DNA of 63,785 nt, filler included, from Octopus bimaculoides (Eukaryota), in assembly GCF_001194135.2 (NCBI RefSeq). It is 5 parts of 5 records of this genome, joined end to end, with 100 filler letters (N's around TTAATTAATTAA, not from the genome) between each part and the next. Parts side by side here need not be neighbours in the genome. Positions count along the whole stretch, not along the records: positions 1 to 29,527 come from NC_068989.1; 4 more parts are not named here. One strand, 5' to 3'. Of this stretch, positions 1-13,204 are shown piece by piece. Position 1 is the stretch's first letter. Every line of letters starts with the position of its first letter. A model generated the notes under the pieces. It was given only the letters and a program-made list of their open reading frames with translations. It was not told the origin of the DNA and did not search any database. Both the position numbers and the translations under genes were made by a program.

Positions 1-36
<36 letters not shown>

Positions 37-1425
37 GCTTCTTCCATTCTTCCAGTTTCTGTCAGCCAAATATACTCACAAGGCTTTGGTCAACATTTAT
101 CCAAGGTGCTAAGTGCTACACTGTAGGAATGAACCCAATACCACATGACTGGGAAGCAAGCTTCTTAACCACACAGCCATGCCTATGCCTTCTCTAATTA
201 ACAAGTAGTCACATACACACCTGTTATCTATCACCACTTTGCATCCTGCAAGAATCGTCAATATCTACCCAGATATACCTGTGTGAAACATCTCTGAATC
301 ACTCTCTTTACTCTGGCCTACAGGAGATACCTGTCTGTATCCCAATACTCCTGCAATATTTCATCTTCCAAATCCCACACAAAACACTTGGTTCAATCCT
401 TCTGCCTCACAGCTGCAACTGTCTGGAACACTATTTCTGCAAATAATGACATACAGATATTCAAACTGAACACCAACCACAACACCATCACCAGTCTAGA
501 CTATGGCTTGTAGAGGTCATGACAGCCACACAGCTCCTTCTTAGCAACATGATTAAGCTCAAAACAGTTGTTATATAGCTTGATCAAATAGACCAATGTA
601 AGTAGTCAATTGAACCACTAGATGCAATCTTACGACTGATAGCTCTGGATATGCCATGTAGTGGAGTGTTGCATTCTTGTCCTGTTTGTCTCCTTTTTTT
701 TTTTCTAAATTAAAGTGGTGCCCACGACAGAGATAATCTACTGAATTCAATTCAAAAGAAACAACTGCTTCGCATCACTTACTGGTGCTGTGCAATCCAG
801 CACACTATAGGAGTCTAATGATGCTATTGATGCAGCTGTCAATGTTATTATATATTTATATATACAAGGCAACCTCTATATCGTTACCTAAATTGCAAGA
901 AATAGTAACAAACTTCTTCAAACATAATCTTAACGTCTTAAAACTGGATAAATATACAGAATAACTTAACATTCCAAGCAAAACTACAAATTTCATGCTC
1001 CGAAATCAAGGGCAGTAACTCTCTTATTTTAATTTAAAGATTTATAAACCTTAGTATTCTCGCGGTCAGACTTGCTGTTTATAGTTCATGGCTACAAATA
1101 AATATGCATGTTGTTCATTTACTGTATATTAAGGCATAACAAAATGAAATACAACACTATGTTGCATCACTATTAAATATTTCTACACGATCAGTTATAT
1201 TTAATGATTATAACTTTTACAAATACTCAAGACATTATTAACCTTGCAGTAAAAATGGGGATAATACACAAATTTTTTGTTCACAAATCATATTTTAACT
1301 TAGTAAGAGTCTCATGGCATAATTATGCACAGAGCTATATATACATATATATTATAAACAATATGGTTCTCTACAGGCATTACTGAGTGATGTCATCACA
1401 TTTTGTGTTATTTAATCTGAGTGGT

Positions 1426-1590
1426 TGCTACACTCTCGGAGTGGTTGGTGTTAGGAAGGGCATCCAGCTGTAGAAACTCTGCCAAATCAGATTGGAGCCT
1501 GGTGTAGCCATCTGGTTCACCAGTCCTCAGTCAAATTGTCCAACCCATGCTAGCATGGAAAGCGGACGTTAAACGATGATGATGATGATG
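1426..1590 (+). mobile_element. (GAT)n-tailed retroposon, 5'-truncated copy
   Basis: Near-identical to 7090-7430 and 14030-14190. Confidence 0.85.
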
Positions 1591-1688
1591 GGCCTACTTC
1601 AAATTGTTACTCAAATGATGTAACAATTTGGTTACTTAGTTGGATAAAAGTTTGGTGGTGACTACAACTATAATTTAGATAAGCATTA

Positions 1689-1905
1689 AGGCAGTGAGCT
1701 GGCAAAATTGTTAGCATGCCAGGCAAAATGCTTATTGGCATTTCTTCTGAGTCAATGTCCTAAGTTCAAATTTTTCCAAGGTTGACTTTGCCTTTCATCC
1801 TTTAAGAGCCAATAAAATAAGTACCAATTAAGCACTGAGCTTGATGTAATCAACTAATCCCTTCCCATCAAATTACAGGCTTTGTGCCTTTGGTAGAAAG
1901 AATTT
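1689..1905 (+). mobile_element. SINE with central GTCGACTTTGCCTTTCATCCTTT...GATAAA domain (CpG-decayed copy)
   Basis: Dispersed family; other copies at ~5860-6075(-), 7840-8020(+), 15975-16200(+), 31130-31350(-), 40690-40895(+), 53410-53600(+), 56430-56620(-) and 59420-59560(-). Confidence 0.8.
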
Positions 1906-3149
1906 AGATAAGCACTGTATGACATAATAATGGTGGTGCCAGTTAATAACAACAAACTTCACCCTATGGCTCGAATTTGACAAAAGCTTGGCTGCAATAG
2001 TTTACACATTTGTCTTCATCTAAAGCAGGTGTCACGGCCATAAGAAAACTTTCATGTTATGAAAGTATTAAAAATGATCTTTCATTTTGGCTTTTTATAA
2101 TACAGGATTTGTAATAATGCCATCAAGGTATCCTAAAACAAATTGATAAATGCTGAAAGGATCAGATACTTATCATGACATCAACATTTAGACAATCTGT
2201 TCAAGGTTATTCTCAAAGATTACAGGAGTCAGCTTGTTTACACAAACTCAATAAATTTGGGACTCAGAAAGAGAACATAGATAAAAATATTTCAAATGAG
2301 ACTCATACATGGCATGCAGTAATCTAAATATCATGTAAAGTATTATGTGACCCAAAATATGATTTATTCATTGAATTCATTCAACAGTTTGAAATGATTT
2401 TTAAATTCCAGATGATTGTAAAAAAAACGAAAGATGAGAATAAAAAGAATTTTGATGATGTCACTGTTTTACATGCTAATAAAAACAACTATAAATCTTG
2501 TTTCAAATATTGCTTTTGTGGACGAAAAGCTTGATAAATTAATGCAAAGTGATAACAGGATAGATGCAGGTGAAAGGGGTGTATTAACTCTTGTAGATCA
2601 AATAAAGAATGACACAAATATTGATAGGGACCAAAGTACAGAATCAGTCTATCAAACTGTTAATGGCATTCCAGACTCAATTAATAAACACTGGTATTTT
2701 ATAACTGATGCAGGAACAAACTGTGTAAGACACAATTCACAAAATTAAAGTCATCATTGCTGTCATCATCATCATTTTAGGTCTATTTTCATACAAGCGT
2801 GGGTTGAATAAGTTGTTACTATCCAAATCATTTATTATTGGGAACCATGACCTACATATATCAGAAGATCTTATTTTTCATTTTCAGCTTAGACTCTAAG
2901 ACTGGATAGCCCTCCATCAACCACATTACAGACTGTCAACAGCAGCACTTGAGAGGTTGTCGTCTTCTCAGTAAGACAAGATTAAAGGAACTTTTAGACC
3001 CTATTCTTTGTCCACACTTTCATTAACTATTGGGTCATCCCATAAATCATGCAGTTTTTTTATATATTTCTTTTATTTTTCAATATTAAGACAAACAAAG
3101 TTCTTTTTTTAATCTAAAATATACTCTCCTTCATTTTCTACAATGCTTG

Positions 3150-3640
3150 TCCATCTATCTGGTAGACTTGTAAGGCCCCTCTTCCACTGCAGAATAAATG
3201 GTAATCAGATGGGGCAATGTCTGGCGAATATGGTGGGTGGGGCATCATCTCCCATTCAAACTGCTCTAGCATTTGGAATGTCATCCTCACTGTATGTGGC
3301 TGAGCCTTGAAACCAAATATGGTCATTTTTCTTCTGGTGCTGACTTAAGGTTCTCAAGCTGCTCGCAGTATATCGCCTTTGTTTTCATCTCGTTTGGGTT
3401 TAAAAGTTCAAAGTGGACTAAACCTTTCATATCCCACCAAACAGATAACAACACCTTACGTAGGTGAAGACCTTCTTTAGCCTGGGGTGCTGGTGTTTCT
3501 CCCTTCCCTACCCACTGTCTTTGTCACTTGACATTTTTATAGAGAACCCATTTCTCATCACCAGTCACTATCCAGTCCAAAAAAGGTTCAGTCATGAGAC
3601 ATGACAGCAAAGGAGAACACAGATACTTTTTCTATGTTTT
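3150..3640 (-). mobile_element. Decayed mariner transposase fragment (DD34D type)
   Basis: Minus strand reads PFLDWIVTGDEKWVLYKNVK*QRQWVGKGETPAPQAKEGLHLRKVLLSVWWDMKGLVHFELL...EWEMMPHPPYSPDIAPSDYHLF, with stops and frameshifts. VTGDEKW and YSPDIAPSD are mariner catalytic motifs. Confidence 0.9.
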
Positions 3641-3670
3641 GCATTATAAATCTTGAATAATTAATCTCAC

Positions 3671-3715
3671 CTTGTCAACTGTCGGTTCTACCTTTTCAGG
3701 AGCTGTTCCATTTGT
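3671..3715 (-). CDS. HEATR3: HEATR3 short exon (45 nt, phase 0 to 0); last supportable exon in the window
   Basis: Acceptor atgaattgcag, donor gtgaga. Encodes TNGTAPEKVEPTVDK (cf. HEATR3 ...LLPPTDK). The expected downstream TAQQTALEII exon was not found in 1-3670. Confidence 0.7.
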
Positions 3716-5649
3716 CTGCAATTCATATAGAAAGTAATATAACAAACCTTTACTTTTAGTAATAAACTTGAACTAAAATGTTTATCATATTCTCAAATAA
3801 AATCTGCTAAAAGATATTAATTTGAAGAACTGATACAAGAGTTCTATTCTATAGTGAACTTTTGAATTACTGCAATTCTAACATGATAAACTAAATGAAT
3901 GTGAAAATATTATTATTATTATTTCGAAGCTTATTTAAGAATAACAATGAAATTTACACTGATGGATAATTCAATACTGACAATAGAGTTAAGTTAATTC
4001 TAAACTACACGTTCACTGGGACTTTACGACAATGAGCTAAGTGTCTATTTTCTAGGTTAAAATCAAGACTATATTAAGCCTTAAAAGGCTACATCTCTGA
4101 ATAAGGTGATGTGCTGCAGACCTATACAACTCATTTCGCTATGGAAAAAAACAAAGTAAGATTTCAATTAAGAATGATGACAAAAATAAAGGACTCTAAA
4201 TGATTTTCTTTGGTATTTGCTTTGCAGGTTTAGCCAACTTCCGCGAAGTCACAGCAGAACAATTTCCATCTAGTGTCAGGTGGCTGTTGTCCTTTTAAAC
4301 TCAGACCTGCCTTGATCAAGTAAACCACCGATCAAAGATATTCCAGTCATGATTCTATTTTTTTTTTTTTTCATTTATACCTTTGACCACAATGTCTGTG
4401 TCATTTCATTTTTTTAAGATGTAATATGAGAGTGATTTAGCTGTTATTTCTTGCATGATGAGTGACCTTATACATGCTTTCTTGATGGTCAGCCAACTAA
4501 GTTACCAAGTATTTTGCTTCACACGATTTTTATTTTTATTAATTTATTATTTCTTTTTGTAATTTGACTCTTATCAACAGATACTGCAGGAAGTCACTTA
4601 AAATTAGAATGTTAAAAATAGCTATTGTTGTAGTGAGACATTAGCAAAGCTTTAGGCAAGGCATTGTACATACTTTGGCAGCTAAAATGTAAGAAAACAA
4701 AGAGAATGAATCCTCTACACATTGAACCCACTGGAAATCTGATAGTTTACAGAGGCAACATAAAATTATCATAAATGTGAAGCATTACCCACAAAAACTT
4801 TTCCAGTGAACAAAAAAAAAATGTTATAATGAGATCAAGTGAAGACAGTAGCTGAACAGATAAGATATCAAATTACCATTTAACATTGTGAATTCTTACT
4901 GACTGCTCACATGTAGTCTCTCATCTCTCAATAGTACACTTAATTCTACGTTACCTAATAAGAAATGAGAAACTATTCGGAAAAGTTGCCTTGCAATAAA
5001 CTAGTGTGTTATCCAAAAAAGAAATTTGTCACTTATTTAATACAAGAAAAAACCAGATTAAAGTGCTGACTGTATGAATTTAGACTAGTTTATGAGAGCT
5101 TATTTTATAACAAATTAAAATCAATTACTGTATATAATTAGACAAACCTCATCATCACACTAAACTCAAAAACCAGCATCCAGTTTATTTGAGGTTAGTG
5201 TGGACTGGATAGATTTGCAGTATAAGATAATTTTATTCTTCACAGCCCTCTGATATGATTATGATGTGCAACAATTTCAGATTGAACCTTGGCTCACGTC
5301 TATCCCATGCAACCTTAATTACCACTTCATGAGAACTAATACATAAATGGTAAGTAATACACACAATAATATACATACATGGCAATTAATACACACATGA
5401 GGAAGTAACAGGCACGTGGTAGCAACAAGATAGAGTGATGATCAATACCACTATTCAGTATAATGGATGTTTTAACGTTCATTTACTTCACATTGCCGTA
5501 GCTTGCACCAGTGAACTGATTCAAATATAAATAACAAGATTTCTTACAAGCAATATTAGTAAAAATTACCATTCTCACACACAGAACCTACTACATGTAA
5601 TACAAAATATTTTTAGAAACTGACAAAGCCATATTGAAAGAATTCTTAC

Positions 5650-5706
5650 TTTGTTGTTAACATCTAACATCTCTATTCCTTCTGCTTCGGATGTAGTACC
5701 ATTAGA
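5650..5706 (-). CDS. HEATR3: HEATR3 short exon (57 nt, phase 0 to 0)
   Basis: Acceptor ttgttatttgtatttacag, donor gtaaga. Encodes SNGTTSEAEGIEMLDVNNK, an acidic linker at the position of HEATR3 ENTNGDDLIEDDEMEG. Confidence 0.75.
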
Positions 5707-6834
5707 CTGTAAATACAAATAACAAATATTGGTACAGGGGAAAATATTTCTTCAAAATATTATCTAAGTGAAATTAGAATTGAAAGATTTACAAAGAAGG
5801 TGAGTTAATGAGGTTTCAAATTGTTCTTAGAAATTCAAAATATACTTATTAATTATAGGTTTTAATTTGTGGCATAAGACTAGCAAATTCAGGGGTGAGG
5901 GTAAGTTGATTACATTCTGGCCCAGTGTTCAACTGATAATTATTTTATTGGCCCCAAAAGGATGAAAGGCAAAATCAACGTCAGCGGAATTTGAACTTAG
6001 GACATAAAAATGGATGAAATGCCGCAAAGCATTTTGTCCAGGATGCTCACAATTCTGCCAGCTTTTCACCTTTACTTATTATTAACACATATCATTGACA
6101 ACTGCTTCATAAGATTTGTTTGTACTAATTCCTGACAACAATATTTGGTAAATCCCCCCACCCCACCCAGTATGTCATTCAACATTTTCTTGTTAAACAT
6201 TTTCTTAGGAAAAATACAGTTCCTTTAATGAATTATTTTGCATCATCAAATAATGTCCATTTTTCATGCTAGTATGGATTTGACAGTTTGACAAGAGCTG
6301 CACCAAGTTCCATAGTCTGTTTTGGTTTGGTTTCTGCAGCTGAATGCCCTTTCTAATGCCAACCACTTCAGACAGTGTACTGGGTGCTTATGTGGTACCA
6401 TCACCAGTGCTTTTTATATGGCATCATTACCAATGCTTTTTGTGTGGCATCAGCACAAGTTTTTTTCATGTGGCACCGGCACCAGTGCTTTTTACATGGC
6501 TCCAGAAAACAATCTTAGAAGGAAGTGCCAAGCATCCCAATCAATATCAATATCTATAGTTTATCATTTTATTTAAAAAATAACATAAAACCACAGTACT
6601 TCTGATACTGGATTTTAGACATTTCTCCAGACTGGTATCTGCGGAAATTGTTTTACCAGCTGGATGGCTTTCCCCATTGTTCACCATTTAACTATGAATT
6701 GGATACTGAAATTGTTGTAAGTGTAGAACAGTGACATAAGTAGAACTGAGTGTTATCTCAAAAGCACAACAGAAGAATCATCTGAGAATAGAAAACATAT
6801 ATTGAGAAAGAGAGAGTCATTTGCTAAACTTCAT

Positions 6835-7432
6835 CTTATCAGCCAGTGGAGTGCTAACAGCACCATCCGAGAGGGATCACTGCCAGAGCAGTGGTCTCGC
6901 ACCAGTGCCATATAAAAAGCACCATTTGAGCACGATCATTTCCAGCTGGCACCTGTGCTGGTGGCATGTGAACCAAATATTGAACTGACTCCAGTGCAGG
7001 TGGCACGTAAAAAACACCATTTGAGCGTGTCTGTTGCCAGTACCGCTGGACTGGCCCTCATGCCGGTGGCATGTAAAAAGCACCCACTACACTCTCAGAG
7101 TGGTTGGCGTTAGGAAGGGCATCCAGCTGTAGAAACTCTGCCAGATTAGATTGGAGTCTGGTGTAGCCATCCGGTTCGCCAATCCCCAGTCAAATCGTCC
7201 AACCCATGCTAGCATGGAAAGTGGACGTTAAATGATGATGATACATCCATGAGTGGGTGCTATGACAAACTAAATTCAGGAAACTAAATTTAGGAAGGGC
7301 ATCCAGCTGTAGAAACTCTGCCAAATCAGATTGGAGCCTGGTGTAGCCCTCTGGTTTACCAGTCCTCAGTCAAATCGTCCAACCCATGCTAGCATGGAAA
7401 GCGGACGTTTAACGATGATGATGATGATGATT
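6835..7432 (+). mobile_element. Abundant (GAT)n-tailed retroposon, two tandem copies
   Basis: Core ggagtggttggcgttaggaagggcatccagctgtagaaactctgcc...catgctagcatggaaagcggacgttaaacgatgatgat. The (GAT)n tail suggests an RTE-related 3' end (inference). Confidence 0.85.
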
Positions 7433-8370
7433 TCTAACCTCAAATTCTCTCGTTATTTTGTACCTTTTACAATATAAACATAATATTATATTACGAAGCA
7501 TTCAAATGGTCGTGTTTTGATTGACCAAAATTAGGTCAGTGTACTTGTTTATCTCCCTTCACCTGCACTCTTTCACTGTATAATACCAATACCCAAGCAT
7601 ATATTAGATCTACTTTTGTTACATTCAATAACGTTTCTATCATTCCTTTGAATATTATAATGAATCATTACTAATAGACTAGAATAGGTATATGAAAATG
7701 TTCCCTATACCAGAGTAGGAGATATCTACAGAATTTTTCCTATAGCAAAAGCTATAATTTCAATGTGTGAGGTTTTTGGATACTGAAAAATATGTGTGCA
7801 AAATAACTAGTATTATGTAGTATTCTCTCATGCTATTAAGGTGGCAAGCTGACAGAATCGTTATCATGGTGAACAAAATGCTTAGTAGCATTTCATCCAT
7901 CTTTATATTCTAAGTTCATGGTCAACTTTGTGTTTCATCTTTTCAGGGTTGAGCACTGAGGTTAATGTAATTGAGTAGTCCCCTCCCACAAGATTTCAGA
8001 CCTTGTGCTTATCTTAGAAAGAATTCTGAATTTAGTTTGTCTATATATAAAGATGCAGGTACCAGTTAGAAGATCTTTGTCTGAGAGCTAAATTAACCCA
8101 TGGCACCTTATACAGCTTGACAGACAAAGCTATTGAAATATTTACCTTGATCATGGATACAGTGCCATACTGGATATGGACCATAGAACAATCAGTTCAA
8201 TATGCTAATTAGTTCAGCCAATTGCCACCATCATAACAACATTACAAATATAAAAACAAAAATGTCTCAAAACTAGATTAGACCAATAAGTTAATGTAAT
8301 GAAACAACTGGTGGAATATGTGGAAAGCTTAATACAGCATTACTAATGAAGATGAAGAGAGAAAACTTAC

Positions 8371-8415
8371 CACTTCAGCTATTGGCATCATTGCTTCATC
8401 CAACACATCAGTTAC
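8371..8415 (-). CDS. HEATR3: HEATR3 short exon (45 nt, phase 0 to 0)
   Basis: Acceptor ttttgttttgattatag, donor gtaagt. Encodes VTDVLDEAMMPIAEV, in frame with the previous exon. No sequence homology is recognisable in this linker. Confidence 0.75.
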
Positions 8416-9489
8416 CTATAATCAAAACAAAATCACAATTACTGACATCAAACAGGAAATAATCGAAGACAAACTTATCATTAAAAAGGAGGTTTATCTT
8501 ATGCATGCTTGCATGTATGTATGAACACACACACACACCAATTCTCCCATTCAATGTGAGGGTATACCCCGACACATCTTCACCACCATCCTTCTTGTCT
8601 TCTAACTGGGAAACCATGTATCTCCCTGACAGCAAGACACCTGTTTCTATCCCCTTATCATACTTTAACATTTCATCACTTGACATAAAGTCATCTCATT
8701 CAATACTACTCAAGCCTCCACCCCTCAGGTGAGGCATCCTGTCTGGCAAATTACTTGGTACCATGTAAAAAGCAACCAGTACACTCTGTAAATTGGTTGG
8801 CATTAGGAAGGGTATCCAGATTTAAAAACAATGCCAAAGCAGACACTGGAGCTTGGCACAGATCTGTGGCTCACCAGCTGCTGTCAAACCGTTCAACCCA
8901 TGCCAGCATAGAAAATGCATGTATGATGATTATGAAGATGATGATGATATATAGCTAATCCTTTCAAATCTATCACATCATCTAAACATTGTTTAATTTT
9001 ATACTCCTGTGATGCTTGTTTCCATTTAACAAACAGAGAATTACAGGAGTGGTAGCTGCCATCAATCAAGTTAACTATATTAACAGAATAAATAATTTTG
9101 TGCAAATAATCTTGTACAATGGCAGTATTTAGACTGAAGATGTTAGAGTCCAACAGTCCAGTAATTAATACCTCGACTGTTGATACTTCCAATAAAGTCT
9201 CCAGAGATAAACACCAACAACAGCCAAGCCAATGAGGAAACATCTATGTTGCCACTCAACCTGCAAGAAAGAGCAATCGAATTTCCCTCAAAATAGCATG
9301 CTACTATTTTAAAACAGCAAAAACATATTGGACTGTAGTATGAGATGCTTGTGACTGAAATATTTTTAATCACTGAGAGCTCAACAACAACAATAATAAC
9401 AACCACCACCAGCTATAGACTGACTGTGAATGAGATAAACTATAAAGAAACTTGTTGGCAGCAGCTTTATCTCATATCCAAGAATTTAA

Positions 9490-9890
9490 TTTCTTCACTG
9501 ATTGCTTCCTTTATGGTGAGAGGCTAAGTAGACCAATTCTTACATTGAAGAGTCGATGGCATTGACTGCATGATAATGTTGGTGAAGGATGAGATTGATT
9601 TTGTTGAGCTTTTCTCTCCTGTTGTTTGATTCCTTACTTTCCTCTTCTGGTGGCTTCAAAGATTTTGGTTCCAATGATGATGAAATACCACCTGTTGGTA
9701 TGTCTCAGGCTTGGGTTTCAAATGATTTAGGCACAAGTCCAGTGACTTTCAGTGTTATTTTGAGTTAAGGGTTCTTTAGCTTCCAAATTCTTCTTTTTTG
9801 GATTGGTCTGCTTCTTGGCATCCTTCTGGCCTCGAGCCTAAAGTCACTAATGATTAGCCTAAGCTGGGGGGGTCACTGATTAAGACTTAA
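9490..9890 (-). mobile_element. Decayed RTE-clade LINE fragments (3' end)
   Basis: Minus strand gives KRRIWKLKNP and later KIFEATRRGK*GIKQQERKAQQNQSHPSPTLSCSQCHRLFNVRIGLLS, the RTE C-terminal Cys motif (C..C.R.F..RIGL.SH). Confidence 0.7.
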
Positions 9891-10015
9891 CATAAAAGCC
9901 TTGACTCTTCCATTCTCACTACATGCCCTGACCATTGAAGATAGTGTTCAAAGTCCTATAAAGAAACTACATCAATATTAAACAGAAAAAGGAGAAAAAA
10001 AATTAGTTTGCTAAC

Positions 10016-10161
10016 CTGTAAAGCAATCACTTTATCAGCTTCTGATACTAAATGTTCATGTGTGTTTATTGCCAGCACATCAGCAATTGTGGAGAGGATA
10101 GGAGAAACAAGATGACCACTAGCAGTGCTCAGTTGGTCTCCAAACACATTCACCAAGAGAC
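10016..10161 (-). CDS. HEATR3: HEATR3 internal exon (146 nt, phase 1 to 0)
   Basis: Acceptor gtaatattttatag, donor gttagc. Encodes (G)LLVNVFGDQLSTASGHLVSPILSTIADVLAINTHEHLVSEADKVIALQ, aligning with GTIWNL...ALLKILSEVLGMD. Overlaps track ORF 9956..10156. Confidence 0.88.
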
Positions 10162-11405
10162 CTATAAAATATTACAAATTTAAAACAAAAAAAAAAAATG
10201 TCTTTTCTGGTGAATTGTTTGGAAAAATATCTTATATCTTTCATACATTGAATAATAACATATCTCACTTTATGATACATTAACAATATCTCATTTTATA
10301 CATAACTTTATGACGTACTAGTGTATCTCACTACATACCGGTTTTACTATAAATATAAAAATACTAAATGTACTTCAGTGTTTCATCAGCTGCTTCTATT
10401 TTACAACTACTTGTGACAATTGATGGTGATGGTCAAAGTAGGATGGAAATATGCACTTTGACACTCCACAAATACTAGCAATTCAAATATGGAGTAAGAC
10501 TGGAAGTGAATAAAACAAAATGATATACTATGACCTAGGGCAACACACAATGACTTCAAGGTTTGTGATACAATAATACATTAGAGTATGTGCTCAAATA
10601 CTGATTCAGGGATACATATAATATATTCTCAGCATCCAACTCATTCCTTATATCTAATCATTTGCCACACAACTCTCACTCAGAGCACTTACCTACACAT
10701 CCATCTTTTCAGCTTCTCCATCCTATTTTCTTTCATATTCACATTGTACCTTGACCTCACATTTCTCCCCCCCACCACCTCTCTCTCTCTTTCCAGGTAA
10801 TACAAGCCATATGTTCACCTCTTCAGTAATGCATCTGCTCTTCTATCCTAGTTACCTATTCCTCAATTCTATGCCCTTCTCAGTTAAGGGGTCTTGTCTT
10901 ACAGATACTTAGAGGCCTCACCATACAGGTGCCACATAAGAAGCACCCACTATACTCTGTGAAGTGGTTGGTATTAGAAGGGGCATCCAGCGGTAAAGAC
11001 CAAGGGGACATGTGGAGGCGCATGGCTTAGTGGTCAGGGGTGTTGGACTCATGATCATAGGATTGTGGTTTTGTATTCCTGGACCAGGCAATGCATTGTG
11101 TTCTTGAGCAAAACATTTCATTTCATGTTGCTCCACTCTACTCAGCTGGCAAAAAGGGGTAACCCTACCATAGACCAGCATCCCATTCAGGTGGGGAATA
11201 TATAAGCCATAGAAACCGGGAAACTGGCCCTTATGAGTCTATCTGACTCAAGAAGGAACTATTTTTTTACTTTATCAAGCTAACATTAGAACTTGGCACA
11301 GCATTCTAGCTCATCTGTGCATGTTGAACTACCCAACCCATGCCAGCATAGAAAAATGGAAGTTACATCATCATCATCATCATCATCATCATCATGCATG
11401 AATGC

Positions 11406-11436
<31 letters not shown>

Positions 11437-11639
11437 CCTAACCTCCCTTTTTCCATGCTGGAATGAGTTTTGTTGAATACATATAGTTAGATCCTGTCCA
11501 ACTGACCAACCCATGCCAATATAGAATACAGACATTAAATGATGATGATGATTGTGGTGGTATTGTTATCTGGAGGAAGAAGGGACTGTGCCAATGCCCA
11601 TTTTCCAGCCCCTCAGAAACTATAGAGACTGTCATGGTT

Positions 11640-12050
11640 AACATTTCTTTTTAAACAGGTGCCAGCCAATGGTTGCAATAGAGACATGCAGGGAAAGAAA
11701 TCCAGTGCACCAACATTCTAGGGAAGAATTATTAGAATTAGTGCAGAGTCTGAGGTAGGTTGGATACAATGTGGGTGACAAGAAAAGAATGGATGAGTTG
11801 CAAGTCCTTGAGAGGAGGTGGTACAAAACCAGCTCACTTTGAAAAGCAGAATTTACTGTATAAGTAATAGAAAAGGTAGACGGATGTGATAACATGTCTG
11901 CAGGCCAGAGATTAAAGTGACTTAATGTTAATCTGTTAAGTGGCTTTTCTATGAATGTGATCTTTAGATGATTGTATAGAAGTAGCACTGTCCCTAATAA
12001 GGAAGCAATACTCCGAGCTGAGGCAAGTACTAACTCTGAAAAGGAAGGTT
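11640..12050 (+). mobile_element. Possible degraded LINE (RTE-like) fragment
   Basis: Pieces such as TVPNKEAILRAEASTN resemble the RTE motif .VPN.EVL.RA; heavily disrupted. Confidence 0.3.
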
Positions 12051-12378
12051 AGCCTTTATAGTTAAGTTTTGATTATGTTCATAAAAAGAATGCTTCAATT
12101 AATGAACAACTGACACATCAACCAGAAGAGAAGTTTACAAAAGAAATGGGTAAAGAAAATTTCACAATAACTGATGGAGGATTCAACAGGTACAAAAAGT
12201 AAAAGGATACTGTGTACAAGCACATTCATGGTGAAAAAAGAATGTGCTGATGTCTTATCGGCTAGTGTAGATCATGACAAAATGGCCAAAAAATTATTGA
12301 TGAATATTATCCTATTTACAATGCAAACAAAACAGGGCTTTATTTTCATGCAGTGCTTGAGCATCGTTAATTGTTTAA

Positions 12379-12532
12379 CCCTTTAGCATTTAAACTGGAC
12401 AGGTCTAACCTCTCACACCTACTCTACAATGCCATTCTAGAAATAAACAATCCATCATTTAAATCTCAAAGGAATGCATGATTAATTCAAAACAATGTAA
12501 GTAAGCATTACATTTGACAGAATGCTAAAGGG
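12379..12532. mobile_element. piggyBac-type MITE (same family, shorter)
   Basis: TTAA|CCCTTTAGCATT...AATGCTAAAGGG|TAAA; internal sequence similar to 18274-18493. Confidence 0.75.
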
Positions 12533-13204
12533 TAAAAATAAAAATAGCAAAGGAATTAAACCTTCAAAATAACAAATGACAGTTCTTTGTTGTGCTAATA
12601 CGAAGGGATAGAAATGAGTTTCTAGTGATTGGAAAAAGCAAAATTCTTTAGTGGATTAAAGGGCCATTGAATAAATCATCCTGTCCACAGACAGAATGAA
12701 ATGATTGTAATGGATTTGAACTCCCAATAAACCATAAATAAGGAATAAGATGGGTTGGGTGCAACACCTACAATGTATCAATCTAGTCAGAAGACTGAAT
12801 CAGAAATAAATTCACCATAATTCTAATGAAATAATGGCTGCAGTGTTTTGATTAACTTTAAAAATAACCAATTATTTGGAGTTATAGTAAAACAACTAAT
12901 TTTTTCATAATTAAGATGGTGGTTAGAATATAATGTAAATTGAGATAAAAGTTTATAATTATATGTGAGTACTTTAAAACGAGAGGTTTTATATTATAAA
13001 ACCGGGAGCAGTTTCATGTGGCTTTGTATCAAAATAGCTAAACTGGATCTCAGAAGAGAAACAAATCTAGACCAATTTCTTCAAAAAGACTACAAAATAA
13101 AACTTTTTATATTTGATGTGTAGAATGAAAAGGAAAGAGTAAAAGACAAATTATTGTAAATTGAAATGATGCAAGCTGATATATATATATATGTGGTCAC
13201 ATAC

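Noticed and set aside
4897-4955. Minus-strand AG/GT-bounded 55-nt block between the short exons
   Set aside because: It has a stop in phase 0 and breaks the frame; treated as a pseudo-exon.
5437-5519. C box (GTGATGA) and D box (CTGA) at snoRNA-like spacing
   Set aside because: Antisense to the host gene, weak terminal stem and no recognisable rRNA guide.
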